NCBI GenBank assembly: GCA_013265495.1
Contig: MU058000.1
Span: 2,542,001-2,606,000 of the forward strand
Direction: 5' to 3'
Source: Vicugna vicugna
Lineage: Eukaryota
DNA: 64,000 bases
Part shown: in pieces, positions 13,598 through 27,350 of the stretch
How positions within the stretch are numbered: the first letter of the stretch is position 1
How the letters are laid out: every line of letters starts with the position of its first letter
Program-made: the position numbers and the translations under genes
Notes under the pieces: generated by a model
Database searches by the model: none
What the model saw: only the letters and a program-made list of their open reading frames with translations
What the model was told of the DNA's origin: nothing

Positions 13598-14079
13598 TTA
13601 GGTAGCTTGAAGAATATTGAGTCTTGGAGGGTAGAAGGAGGAAAGGTGAGGAAAAAGAGTTTGGGCATGCTGAAGATCAATGGGTAAAGTCTAACCCTCA
13701 GCCACAAGTTTGGTGGAAGGAACTGCATGAGAGGGAAAATTCCCCCAGTGATGCAGTTATGATAAAAACTATAATAAATAATTATAATATGTGTGTGTGG
13801 GAGGGGGTGTCTGTGTGTTGGTCAGTCATATACCATTAGGTGACTATCAGGCACTATTCCATAAAACTATTTCATCTTACAAAAATATTCAGGGCTCTTA
13901 ATATTCACATTTTACTGTGACTAGTGATTTTAACAGAGGACTTGTAGGACCCGAGAGGCAGAGTGGTATTTTAGGGTTTTTGGATTTACACTCTCTTTTA
14001 TCATCGATAGCCTGCCTGGCTGCCCTGTTTACATCGCTCCTCTGAAGATTTTGCCTATCAATGTATAAAACTGATGAAA

Positions 14080-17000
14080 GAAAAAGAAACTGAAAATCTT
14101 ATAATTTAGTAGTGGAGCCATCTACTTAAGTTTAAGTTACAGTTTTAGCATAATGATACGTGAAATGAATCGCAACCATCTCATAACAGATAGGAGAGAG
14201 AAATCAGGAAAACTCTAAGGCTTTGCACTACCCATAAAGTGGTATAGTGCTATTGCAAAGTGGACTTAGATTGGTTAAAAATATATATATTGCATGTTCA
14301 AGGGAAAATATTACTTTAATAAAAGTATAGTTGATATGATAAGAAAGGAAATAATTTGGACTTATATAAAATACTCAGTTAAAATCACAGAACATAGGAA
14401 AAGGAGAAAGGAGAATAAAAGCAACAAATAGAAAACAGTTACTCACATGGCAAATATTAATCTAGTCAATAAATATCACTTTAAATATGAGTTGTCTAAA
14501 TACAACAATTAAAAGACATGAATTTTTCAGGGTCATAAAATAATATTAGTATCAATAAAAATAATGCTATGAATTAATAAACAACAAAAATAATAAGAGC
14601 AAGACTCAACTATAGGTTGTTTATAAGAAACCACTTTAAAGATAAAGATTCTAATAAGTTAAAATGCATGGATGGAGAAAGATATATTAGGAGAACACCA
14701 ATCAAAACTAAGCAAGAATAGGTACATTCATTTTATACCAAGCAGACTTCTGACCTAGGGAAACAGGAGCCTTACATAATGGTAAATGGGCCTGGTCTAC
14801 AAGAAGATATGATGACTAAATATTATTCAACTACTATCAGGGTATATAAATATATGAGAAAAAAATCTGATAGAGCTACAAAGAGACATTGACAAACTTC
14901 ATGACTGTATTTGGAGGTATCAATATTTTTGGTAGGTCAGGGAAGATTATAGTTGACCTAAACAATATTATCCATCAACCTGATATATTGACACTTACAG
15001 AATACTCTATCAAACAAGAGCAGAATATATATTCTTCTCTTTAGCACGTAAAACATTCACTAAGAGAGACCATATTCTGGGCTATAGAATAGACTTTAAA
15101 AAATTTAAGGCAGAGAGAACTATATCAATAACCTAAGCATTCATCATAAATTAGAGAGAGAAGAGAATTTTAGGTCTAAAAGAAAAGAGAAAAAGAATTA
15201 ATAAAAAAATAGAGCAGCATCAATGAAATTAAAAATAGTAAAATAAAAGGAAAATCAATAATATAAAATTTGGTATTTGAAAAGATCCATAAACTTTATA
15301 AGCCTCAAAACAGGCTAACCAAGATAAAAAAAGAACAGAAAGTTACCAATATTAGAAAAGAAACAGGTTTCATCACTACTGATAACATGGACTTTAAAAG
15401 AATAATAAAGGAATACTAGAAGCAATTCTATGCCCACAAATTTGACAGCTTCCATAAACTAGTCCATAAATTACCTAAACGCACAAAAGGAGGTAGATAT
15501 TTTAAAAAGAATTGGTACCAATTCTCCACAATCTCTTCCAGAAAATAAAAAAAGCAGAACACTTCCTAACATACCCTATGAGGCCAATATTACCCAATAT
15601 TCAAGTAAAATAAAGGCACTCTTAAAAAAAAAAACTGCAGACCAATATCTCTCATTAACATAGATACAAAAATCCTCTGAATATATTAGAAATTCAGATC
15701 CAGCAATGTAGCAAAAGAATTATACACCATGGTCAAGTGGATTTATTCCATGTATGCATATTTGGTTCAGCATTTGAAAATCAACGTAGTCTACCACATC
15801 AGCAGTCTAAAGAAGAAAAATCATAAATCATATCAATTGATATGGAAAAAGCACTTGAAAAAATCCAACACTCCTCCATGATAATAACTCTAAGAAAAAT
15901 AGGAATAGAACTTCATAAAACTGGATAACGAACGTCTACAGAAACACTTACAGCCACCATCACACCTGTTGGTGAAAGTCTGGATGCTTTATTCCTCAAG
16001 TTGAGAACAAAGCAAATATTTCCTCTCTTAACTCTCCTATTTAACACCTGACTGGAAATTCTATCTGGTGCAATAAAAAAGGAAAAAATGATACACAGAT
16101 TGCTAAGAAAGAAATAAAACTTGCCTTGTTCCCTGAATACATGATGGTCTATGGAAAAACCTCTGGAACCTATGAGCAAATATATCAAGATGGAAGGATG
16201 CAAATTTGATATACAAAAGTTTGTTATTTTCCTTATACTTGCAATGAATGATTAAAATTTAAAACTTAAAAAAGCAAAACAACGTTAGGGACAAAAAAGC
16301 ATTAAATGTTTAGATATGAATCTAACAAATTATTTACAGGGTTTGTATGTGGAAAACTACAAAAATCTGATGAAAAATCAAGGTATCTCATAAATGGAGA
16401 GATATTCTGGGTTCCTAGTTTGTATTCTTACTATTCTTAGAAAGATCTTCTGTATTCAAAGTCAGTATTGTTTAGATGTTAACTCTTCCCAGCTTCATTT
16501 ATAGATTCAAGTCAATCCTTATCAAAGCCTGAGCAAGCTATTTTGTGGACATCGACAAAATGATTATAAAGTTTATATGAAAAGCCAAAGAATTAGAATA
16601 GCAAACATTATAGTGTCAAAGTAGAACAAAGTTGGACTGACATTACCCAACGTCAAGACCTATTATAAAGCTACAGTGATCAAGACAGTGTGGTATCAGT
16701 GAAAGAACTCACAAATGCATTTGTGAAACAAAACAGAGAGCCTAGAAATGGACTGACAAATACAGGTCGCTGATTTTTGATAAAAGAGTAAGTCAGCTTA
16801 ATGCAAAAAGGATATTATTTTCAACAAATGGTGAAGGCAAAATTGGATGTCAAATGCCAAAGAATGAATCTAGACATGGAGCTTTCACCTTTTGCAAAAA
16901 TAAACTCAAAATTAATGATAAACTTGAATGTAAAATGCAAAACTATAACAATTCCAGAAAATAATGTAAGAGAAAATAACAGTAAACTTTGCAATGAGTT

Positions 17001-19497
17001 TTTAGATATGATATCAAAACCACATTCCATGAAGTAAGTATTGCCAAGTTGGGCTTTATTAAAATCAAAAAATTTGACTTTGTGAAAGACATTCTTTAAA
17101 CAATGGGAAAAAAAGTCAGACTGGAAAAAAATTTCAAAACACATGTCTGATAAGGTTTTAGTATCCAAAATATACAAATAAGTCCTAACAGTCATCAATA
17201 AGAAAAAAAATCATTTTAAAAATGAGCAAATGATCTGAACAGACAATTCACCAAAGAAGATATTCAAATGGCATATAAGCATACAAAAATACATGCAACA
17301 CAACTTTTCATTATGGAATAGCAAATTAAAAAAGCAATGAGATATCACTCTACATGCACTAGAATGCCTAAAAATAAAAAAAAAGTATAAAACCCCCTTA
17401 CAATACCAATTCCTGGCAAAGATAAAGAATAGGAGGAATTCTCATCTATTGCCTGTAAAAATGCAAAATCATACACTCACTTTGAAAGAATATATCATAG
17501 TTTATTATAAAGTCTTACCATATGATCCAGTAATTATGCTTCTAGGTATTTACCAAACTGATTTGGAAATGTATGTTTCTGCATGCGAATGTTAATAGCA
17601 GCTTAACTTGTCATTGCCAAAAAAGGGAAGCAACCAAGTCGTCCTTCAGTAAGTAAATGGATAAACCACTGATATATACCTCTGGAGAATATCATTTAGC
17701 CATTTAAAATGTGAACTATTAAGCCGCATAAATATATAGATGAATCTTAAAGGTATACTGCTACATGTTAGAAATCCATCTGAAATGTTACTTAATATAT
17801 GGTTCCAATTATATGACATTCTATATAACTACAATACAAAAAAATAGCAGTTCTAGGAGTTTCAGGGGGCAGGGGAGTGCTGAATGGGTGAACACAGAGA
17901 ACTTATTAAGATGGTAAAACTAAGTATCATAGTGTAATTACAGATAAATGACAATATACATTTGTCAAAACCCATAGAACTTGATAGCACACAGAGTGAA
18001 ATTTATATAAATTAAAAAAAATCATTTAGGAGATTCAGGGTCTAAAATTAGAATGCAGAGTATGATAAAAAAAATAGCAATCTAAGTGTACTACAAATGT
18101 ATAAAATAATTTCACTGAAGTAGCTGACCTAAGTAACTAGAAATAAGCGAAGTTTGCAAGAGTAAAACCAAAAGAGACGACACATAAGGACAACACACTC
18201 ACTGATAAAATTATTTCCTATGAATATATAGGTTAACAATTGTGATATTGCTATATCTGTATGCTGGAAGTGAACAATTAGTAAATGAATGGCACGTGGT
18301 AAGAACCAGAGTTCTCACTGACATACTAGGAGGTTACAGATAAGCAAGTGAAGGAAGCAAGAATGATCCATGTGATAATGCCTTACAGTTGGCAACATCA
18401 GTATGAACTCATGTTTTACCTAATAGAGATACAGATGTTCACACCTGGGCATATTTATAGATATGTGCACATACACAGGTTGGTACACACACATATTTTT
18501 CTTACTACCTCAGCTAAGAGTGCCTAGAAACAAGGTCAGCCCAGCAGCAGCATCACACCTAGTATCCAGATCTTGGTTTTTAATATCATTATCCAAGAAA
18601 AAGAACCAGGTCTCCTTGGAGAAATGAGTTATTCTAAGACTAGGGAGGAAATAGACAGGATGAGCCTGGAGAATCTATAGTACCAGAAAGTAAGAAAGTC
18701 CTAAAACACACACACGCACACACACTGGTATAAACACGTAATTGAATGAACAAATAAATAAAAGATAAGAGAAAAATCTCTTGCACAGAAAAATTCCAAA
18801 TAATTTATGTACATAGATACTTTGCCTTTATGGAAGTGCAAATATTCACTCCTTAAGTTGAACTGCACATAATAACCTCCTTCCAATGAGTGAAGCTTGG
18901 AAAGGCAGATTAAAAAAGAGACCTTAGTGAAGAAACCTGACAAACCCAGCTTCATCCAGGAGATGAAGGTTAACATAGTCATAAATTGCATTGATAGTCT
19001 ATATTCTTGACATAAGATGATGAAAGGCACTTTACTTCCATGGCCTCTGTGATTTTCCTCCCAGAAACACACTCCTCCATTCTTATTATGGAAGAACATC
19101 AGATATATCTCAGTTAAGGGATATTTTACAAAACACTTGACCAATACTTTGCAAAACTGTAAAAGTTGTAAAACATAAGGTAAGACTAAGAAACTGTCCA
19201 AGCCAAGAGACTTAAGGAGACATACAGATTAAATGTAATGTGGTTTTCTAGAAGGGATCTTGGAACAATAACAAAAAAAGAGTGGGAAAAAACTGAGGAA
19301 ATGAAAATAAAGTATATACTTTATTTAATGATAATCTATCAATACTGGTTCATATATGAGACAAACATACCATACTACAGTAAGATGTTAATTATAAGGG
19401 AAACTGGGTTTGGCATAGTTGAGAACTCTCCCAACTTTCTTCACAATTTCTGTTCATCTAAAACTGTTGTAAACAAGAAAACTTCTTTAAAAAAAAA
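14080..19497 (+). mobile_element. Old L1 (L1MC/L1MD-type): decayed ORF2 plus long 3'UTR
   Basis: Continuous decayed ORF2 motifs (gaccatattctgggc, gcagaccaatatctctcattaacatagat, tattataaagctacagtgatcaagacagtgtggta, ttaccatatgatccag). Followed by a ~1.7-kb 3'UTR ending in an A-run at ~19488-19497. Confidence 0.9.
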
Positions 19498-19781
19498 TAC
19501 ATGGGACTTAAGGTAAATGTGGGATTAAGGGTGTAACATTCAAAAACTTTGACAGTAACACGTTAAAAAGTTACGAAATTTATAGGAATAGTGGCTCAAT
19601 TTGACACATGTTAAATGGCTAAGAAATGATTGAACACTACAATAGATTGCTCTTTACCTCAAAAAAGACCTCTAGTCCCCTGGTGGAAAGGCATGCTCAT
19701 TCCCTCATGACTTGTTCACTGAACTCCCATGACCACCACCTTGTGTATGAGAGTAAAGGACAAAAGAGAGGTAGAAACCCT

Positions 19782-20250
19782 TGTGGTATATATATGCAAT
19801 GGATTATTATTCAGCCATAAAAAATAAAATAATGCCATCTGCAACAACATGGCTGGACCTAGAGATTCTCACCCTCAGTGAAGTAAGTCAGAGAAAGACA
19901 AATATCACATGATATTACTTACATGTAGAAGCTAAGAAAATGATACAAATGAACATAGTTACAAAACAGAAACAGACTCACAGACATAGAAAACAAACTT
20001 ATGGTTACCAAAGGGGAAAGGGGGAGGGATAATTTGGAGTTTAAGAATAGCAGATACAAACCAATATATGTAAAATAAACAACAAAGTACTGCTGTATAG
20101 CACAGGAAACTATATTCAATGTCTTGAAATAAGCTATAATGGAAAAGAACCTGAAAAAGTATACATAGACACATACATGCACAACCGAGTTACTATGCTA
20201 TATATCAGAAACGAGCACATGGTAAATCCAATTTACTTCAACTAATAAGA
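19782..20250 (+). mobile_element. 5'-truncated L1 3' end (cetartiodactyl type)
   Basis: tgtggtatatatatgcaatgga...acagactcacagacatagaaaacaaacttatggttaccaaagggg...gtatagcacaggaaactatattcaat. Confidence 0.9.
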
Positions 20251-20503
20251 CAGAAGAAATAGAGTGAGAGAAAAATATCAATGAAAAGTGAGAGAAAAAG
20301 ACAAGCTGAGAAAAATTGAAAGAAGTTAGAAAGAGGAGAGGGCATGGGGTTATGGCTAAAGGGTTGTGTCTTGTGATTTACTGCAATGTAGTGGCAGGTG
20401 GGCCAAGTGAAACTGGATTGAAAGTTTTAACACCAGATGTGGGTGGGTGTGGCTTATACGGGAAGAGGTGAGCTGATACAGCTGTAGGCAGCAGTCCTTT
20501 GAG

Positions 20504-20545
20504 GTGTGTGTGTGCACGTGCGTGTGCATGCGTGTGCGTGCACGT
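20504..20545. repeat. 42-bp alternating purine/pyrimidine tract (GT/GC/AC-rich)
   Basis: gtgtgtgtgtgcacgtgcgtgtgcatgcgtgtgcgtgcacgt. Confidence 0.85.
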
Positions 20546-20937
20546 TACCTCCACTCTGTGTACATCCCTACTTAGTTAGCTGGATGCAGTGTTCTGCATT
20601 TTTCTAGTGTTTCTTGCAGACAAATCATGCCCAAGCAAACATGAAATTCCAGTTACGCTCAAATTGTTCTCTAATATATCAAACGCATTGGAACAAATTC
20701 ACATTTTCAAAACAAGTGTTACAGCACAGCTGGTTGTACAAGCAAATATGAATAAAATCATACATTCTTGTATCTTTTGCTGCACAAAAGTAACGTAGTT
20801 ACTAATTATAATCTTCTGCTCCTTGTTTCTTCTTTGGAAGTATTCAAGATGTCTGAGGATGACCAGGGTGAAAAAAGGGATATTTCAATGATAAATACAA
20901 TATTAATTTAGACACTGTACAATCTAAACAGTACTGC

Positions 20938-21160
20938 AAGATTTGCAGATGCAAACTACTGTATATGAAATAAATAAACAACAAGGTCCTTCCATACAGC
21001 ACAGGGAATTATATTCAATACCTTATAATAGCCTCTTATGAAAAAGAACATGAAAAGGAATATATACGTGCATATAACTAAGTCACTAAGCTGTACATCA
21101 GAAACTAACACAACATTGTAAACTGACTATACGTCAATAAAAAATAAAAATTAAAAAATG
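20938..21160 (+). mobile_element. Short L1 3' end (cetartiodactyl type) with A-tail
   Basis: agcacagggaattatattcaata...ctgtacatcagaaactaacacaacattgtaaactgactata...caataaaaaataaaaa. Degenerate TSD aaacagtactgc / aatcagtattgc. Confidence 0.85.
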
Positions 21161-21264
21161 TTTTTAAAAATCAGTATTGCCAAACAGTAACCTATAATCG
21201 ACATTTATGAACGTCTCTTAACTACCTCTGTGGCTTTTTAAATACAAAGATCTCTGTGCCTTTC

Positions 21265-21560
21265 TCTAAACTCGGGTTCTTCAAACTTCACTGGTATAAA
21301 ACTATTTTGGAATATTTATTAAAAGTGTACATTTTCATGTCATTTTTCCTAGAACTGTTGGATCAGAGTCAGAGAAGATGTATGAGAGGTTCAGAACCTA
21401 TGTGTTTCACCAAAACAGAGGGTGAGTTTTATGCAAAGGAAATTTTGGAAACATTGGTTTAGACCCATTGAATCAGAATCGCTGGGGTTGGGGCTCTGAT
21501 GTCTGCATATCTGATAACCACAACTGATGATTTTCATAAACATCCAAATTTGAGGACTGT
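21265..21560. mobile_element. MER5-family hAT elements (two adjacent pieces)
   Basis: gggttcttcaaacttc...tttggaaacattggtttaga, followed by ccattgaatcagaatcgctggggttggggc...tctgcat...aaatttgaggactg. Confidence 0.6.
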
Positions 21561-23939
21561 TTTTTAACCTCACAAACTTAGCTCAGGAACATTACTTCCC
21601 TGAAGTGCATAACCATGATTCCTCTTGTCCACTGTTTTGCCTGGATGGTCATTTAACACAATGCTGGTCAATTTTAAATATCTTCTGGTGAGAGCTAGAT
21701 GAATTAGAACAATATAGTAGAAGTGTGTTATAATGCTCCAAAGAATAAACGATTTTCCTAAAACTTACTCGTAAACATCAGGGTAGAAGAAAAGGTAAGA
21801 CATTGCATCTCTGGAGGGTAAAATGAATTGTGTGTCTTCTTTGCTACATCTGGAAGCCTGATCTTTACTATCTTGGATTGCTTAGCTGTCTCTAAATGCA
21901 ATTCTGTTCCATTCTTTGTTGGCTGGGGTCTGGCTAAATGGTTTGCTGATATTGAAATCATACCAGCTGTTCAGCTTTCCTAGTCACCATTTTAAAGCCT
22001 TCTCTATCTTTCTCTTTTATTTCTACTCTCTTTCACTCCTTTTTTACCTATTTTTTTTAAGCCAGCCACCTATAAAGAATGTGAACTCCCATCTGCTCAG
22101 ACCAAGCAGAGGCTAGACCAGATGTGACCTGCAATTTGCTGAATGGGAAACAAATACAAGGAATGGAGCCGTCTACCATCTGTTGATGCAGAAAGCATCA
22201 GGGCATGATGCCTGGCATTTCAGCAGGGCTTCCCCCGCTGGGAAATTGAAAGAGAAAAAGCATTTGTTTCATTTTTCCCCTTTCCTGACCTGACAGCTCC
22301 TTTGAGCAAAGTGGGGAGGAAGAGAGGACGTCTTGCCATGAGGCAGTGACAGCTTATATCTAAATGGGGGAGCTCAGTGAATACATTCTACTTTGCATTC
22401 CAAGTTCTACCCTTGCCTCTCCTCGGTGAGACTGAGCATCTCATTTTGTTGTTCTGAGAAATGCTGCAGAATGGCAGATTCCCTGCTTCCCAATTCCTAA
22501 TCAGTTTTTCTGCTTTTTATCCCTGAATGCCACACAATAGCTCTTGGGGGAGTTAAAGGCAATGAGGCAGGTGTGAGCAGCAGATACAAACAAAAGGGGA
22601 GGCTTTCTCCTGGATGCAGAGTCCTGGTCTTACATGGCCAGAGACCATCTGGTTCACATTTTCAGAAAGGCAGAAAGGGTGGGATGTAATGGAACAAGTT
22701 GCCCTAGTGACACAGACACGTTAACTTGGACCCTCTCTCTCCTAGCCTGGTTGTGGGAACTGTGTCACTCCATTCAGATCCTTGACACTGACACAGTAAT
22801 TTCCTTCCTGGATGCACACTCCTGGGAAAGGTCTCCCTTGGTCAGAGAGGTGAACCGTGATGCATAAAACACAGTCCCTGGTCTCATGAGGGACTCATTT
22901 TTAACAACATATGTTAGAGAAAATAAATTTAGTTACAAAGATGTCTCTTTTTTTGTTTGTTTACTAATGGGGGTAACTCTGGATTTAAAAGTGTTTTCTT
23001 CTAAGGAGAGTGGGTACCTGGGTCTTCTTGATGGTCTGAAACTCTTTATTTACTAAATACCAACCTTAGACTATTTCAAAAATTGCCCCTGCCACAGAAT
23101 TCTCATTTTAATCAGCACCAAATAAATGTAAAATCGCAATGAAGAGGACACGTATAATTTGCAATAGTAACGGCCCTGTTGTAAATGTGGCTGCTGCTTT
23201 ATATGAACGAAACTCACACATCAGAACTCTAGACACTGAACTTGCCTCCTATTACCATACTGTGCACTAAGCTTCTGCAGTCACGGCAAGTCAATTTTGT
23301 TTTCAGTCTGTAGCTTTAAAACAAAATGTCCTAAGTGCCAATGTATTTTATACGGAAACATCCCTCTCTCCCTCTAAAGTCCTCTTGTTCCCCTTGTAGT
23401 GAGGAGAGAGGGCTCTGAATAAATACAGCCACGTGTACACGATGCTGCTCTGATTACCTATACACACAGTAAGAGCACAGGTGCTACACAAGGGGTCAGA
23501 ACGTACCTCAAAGAATAAAAAAAAATCCTAATTGGAGGTAACCTCATAAGATGAGTTATGATTTAGTATTTGTTTTAATTCTTTCGTTAAGGAGGAAATC
23601 ATTTGCGGAATCAAAAAAAAGGCTTTGAATCACTTCTTTGTAACCTAAATGTCCTATGGTTATGCACTATCATTCTAAAATGAATTCCTATAAAGTTCCA
23701 CAGTCTTTGAATCATGAACTAAATTTGTTTTGTTGATTGTATAACTAATTGAGGCATTTGGAAAACTCACTTGACTTTAATGAGAGTAACATTCCCCAAA
23801 GCGCAGCACCAGACCGTGTGCAGTATTTCTGTGTCTGGGGAGAAATTTCTGTGAGTGGCCTCACTGATAATATCACTTATGTGTTCTAAACTGAGGTCTG
23901 TAACTTTAGGTATAGAGGAATGAAACTTCAGTGAGTTAA

Positions 23940-24320
23940 TAGACGACGGAGAGCAATTTTACGCTGGCCCCATCTTCCCGTGTCTGTAAGAACACACTCG
24001 CTCTGGAGTGAACTTCCGGAGGCTACGTTGTTGGAGACTAGCCGGCCCAGAGAAAGCTGCCAGTTGTCTCTGAGACCCAAATTCTGGTTTCATGTGTGCT
24101 AACACAGAGCTTGTCATTCTCAGGCTCCACACGCAACTTCTCCATTTTGACCCTTTTCCTTAGAGTCATACTGTCTGCTCTTAACGCAAAGTAGAAAAGC
24201 TCGTTGTACTCATGGCCCATCAAAAATGTCAGCTTCAAAATAACGCTGGTCTTTAGGATTGCCAGATAAATTGCCAGGTCTGGAGAGAAGTGGGGAGAAG
24301 GGCTTTTTCTTCACGTGTGC
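23940..24320. promoter_or_regulatory. Candidate cis-regulatory element (local CpG cluster, ETS site, E-box)
   Basis: 8 CpGs in 23941-24050 against a CpG-poor background. Perfect ETS motif ACTTCCGG at 24012-24019 and CACGTG at 24312-24317. Function is inferred only. Confidence 0.3.
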
Positions 24321-24469
24321 ATCATACATTGACACGGTTTCTGTAACACCTTACATCTTCTGTAGTCAGTGTTTAACAAAGTCTATGTTAGGCTGGAACA
24401 TTTTGTCTCTTTTGCTTCTTTCCGTGAAAGTCAAAATTGGACAGGGACTAAATGGAGGATAAATAATAT

Positions 24470-27350
24470 TTTTATCCATTCATTCATTTATTAATTCAGA
24501 TAGTACTTGTTGAGAATCAGCTATGAACTGAGTACAGTTTTAGGTGGGGCTATGGGTAGGGTACAAGATATAGAAGCAAACACAAGAATGTAAAATTCCT
24601 ACCTTCATGAAATCCACATTAGTGTAGATAAAATTTCACATAAAAAAGTAATAAAATGTATAGGATATTTGAAGAATATAAATTTCTATGGAGACAGATC
24701 AGGGACTCTATCAGGGATGATGCTAGGTCTAGTCTTATGCGGGGAACAAAGAAGGTCTTTATGAGCAACTGCTATTGGTGTAGACGTGGAGATGGTGAGG
24801 GAGTGAGTGAAGTGGGTATCTAGAAGAGCGCTCTGGGCAGAGAAAACAGCAGGTGCAATGACCTTGAGGCTGAATCATGCCTGGCATGTTCAGACAGGAG
24901 AGAGGAGTGCAGCTGGTAGTAGAATATGAGTCAGACCAGAACGGGGTTCAGACCCTGGAAGACTTTATGTGCCATTGCAAGGACTTTTGCTCTTTCTCCT
25001 GGTAAGATGAAGAATAATCAGAAGGCATTGAGCAGAGAGGCAACAGTATCTGATCTAGTCTTAATAGGAATATTGTAGCTGTGATTTGAGACTAGACTAA
25101 AGGTGCTCAAGATATCAATTTGGAGGCTACAGCAAAAAAAAAAAAGGGGAGGGAAAGAAAATAGTTCACAGGAACAGGACAGTAAGATGAAGAATAATCA
25201 GAAGGCATTGAGCAGAGAGGCAACAGTATCTGATCTAGTCTTAATAGGAATATTGTAGCTGTGATTTGAGACTAGACTAAAGGTGCTCAAGATATCAATT
25301 TGGAGGCTACAGCAAAAAAAAAAAAGTGGAGTGAAAGATCATAGTTCACAGGAACAGGACAACAGTCTTAAGAGATGGGGGAAAATGGTTGGATTTTTGG
25401 TATATGTTGAATAAAAAATCCCACAGGATATGCTAATTGACTGGATGTGGAGTATAAAGGAAGGAGGAATTACTTCATAGTTTTTGACCTGGGCAGCTAG
25501 AAGAAAGGAGTTACTGCAAACTGAGACACCAAAGAGCATGGAAGGAGAGGGGCAGATTTGAATTTTGAACTTATAAAATTCAAAATGATCATTAGACAAT
25601 TAAGTGGAGATTATACCATCGAGTAGGGATTGGGTATAAAAGTATTCCAAGAAGAAAGTGATCTTGGCTCTATGTTAGTTATCAGCAAATAGACGGTCTC
25701 AAAAGCAAAAAGTTTCGATGAGATTTCCAGGGGAGTTTATGAAGACAGAAGAGCACAGAGGCACAGGGACTGAGCCCTGGGGCATAGCAATGGTGAAAGC
25801 GTAGGAGACTAAGGAGGAACTAAGTAAAGGATTTTCTTTCCAGAAACATGTTCATAAAGGGAAGAAGAAAATTGATCAAAAGCTAAAGAGGAAGGTAAGT
25901 TTAAAAACCAAGATGAATACAAGTGATTTTATACTGATAGAGAGATCCAGTTAATAGGGAACAAATTGAGAAAACAGATGATAAAACATTACTGGTGTAA
26001 TCTCTTTGACTGTGGAAGAGGAGATGGAATCTAATACACAAGTATCAGGGTTTACTTTTACTAGAAGCACAGATATGTCTTCCACAGGAACAGAGGAAAA
26101 GGCGCAGCACATGGACGTGGATGCATGTAGATGGCTGGATGTGTGATGGCCACTTACAAAGATTGTTTTCCATTTGTTCAGTGAAATAGGAAACAAGGTA
26201 ATCAACTAAGTGTATGAATATGGGAAAGGTCTTAAAATAGTTTGAGTTGGACGTAAGATGGAATAATCATTTAGAGGACTTAGAAATTAAATAGATAAGG
26301 GAAGCATAGTATTGGAAGGAACCATTATGACTCATTTGCTGTGAGTGATTATGAATTTAAAGTGAGAGCAGTCAGCATAGTTGTATTTTTCATCATTCTT
26401 AACCACTTGCCGCTAATACAGGAACAATGTCAGAGAAAAATTGGGCAAAATCAGGGTGGTGGTTTTGTCAGTAGAAAGTTAGAACAAAGCAAAGCGATTT
26501 GAAGGTGTCAGAAGAAAAGTGTTTAGTACATTTGAATATTGAATTCATGCTGAATAAGGTGAAAACAGAGGACAATGGTTGGAACCAGGGAGAGTTAAAT
26601 ACTGGACGTTTAAATGAATTGGCATTTTATATATGTTGGTTGCTTCAAAGATTGTTAGATGCAAGGAAATACATGGAGTAAACTAGCTAGATAGAAATTG
26701 TCTGTTGGAGAGTGGAGTTTTTGAAATTCAGTTTAAATAGGGCTTAAAGTGGCTAGGGACAAGTTCTGCCAGACTATTATCATGAGCTTGAGTCATTTAG
26801 GTGGGATGAGAGACAAGAAAAATCCCTAAATTGAGAGGCCTGTCTGCTGGAAGTTTTGTCAATGTGGATGTCGAAATCACCAAGTATTCTAGAAGAAACA
26901 ATGTGGAAGGAAGAGACAGTGATCCGGGAGGTAAAATATTCAAACAGGAAGAGAGACGTGTCCTGGGAACTGGTGGACGACCTCTATAATCAGGGTCGTG
27001 GTACGTGGTACATGTATTAGCCTGATGCCGTCAAATTCAGAGGTTGGTATTTTTACGGAGGAAGAGGTAAATGACTATGAGAAATACGAAAGGTTGCTCT
27101 CTCTCCTTCAGGTGAAGTAGCAGAAGTGAAGTAAGAGGAAAAGCCAACTTTATATAGAGGACTCCAAGGAGAACCAACTTTCTCCTAGACACAGGCGATA
27201 AAGAGATTTTTCAGGTAAATATCCTGGTAGGTAAAGGATTTTGTCGAGGACTGAAAATGACCATCGGAGAGCACAGAGGAAGGAATTCCAGAGTTAGGAA
27301 GAGATGGGGTTATTGAGTCCAATGGTTGACATCACTGTCTGAGGGAACTG
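24470..27350 (-). mobile_element. Long L2 (L2a-like) element
   Basis: Starts with an antisense L2 tail (atccattcattcatttattaattca...ttgttgag). Purine-rich L2 body motifs follow (gccattgcaaggactttt, ttgagcagagagg, gggactgagccctgggg, ggagatggaatctaatacacaag). The far boundary is approximate. Confidence 0.75.
25002..25361 (+). repeat. Near-perfect 180-bp tandem duplication
   Basis: 25002-25181 and 25182-25361 are identical except for 4 substitutions just after the A12 run. Confidence 0.95.
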
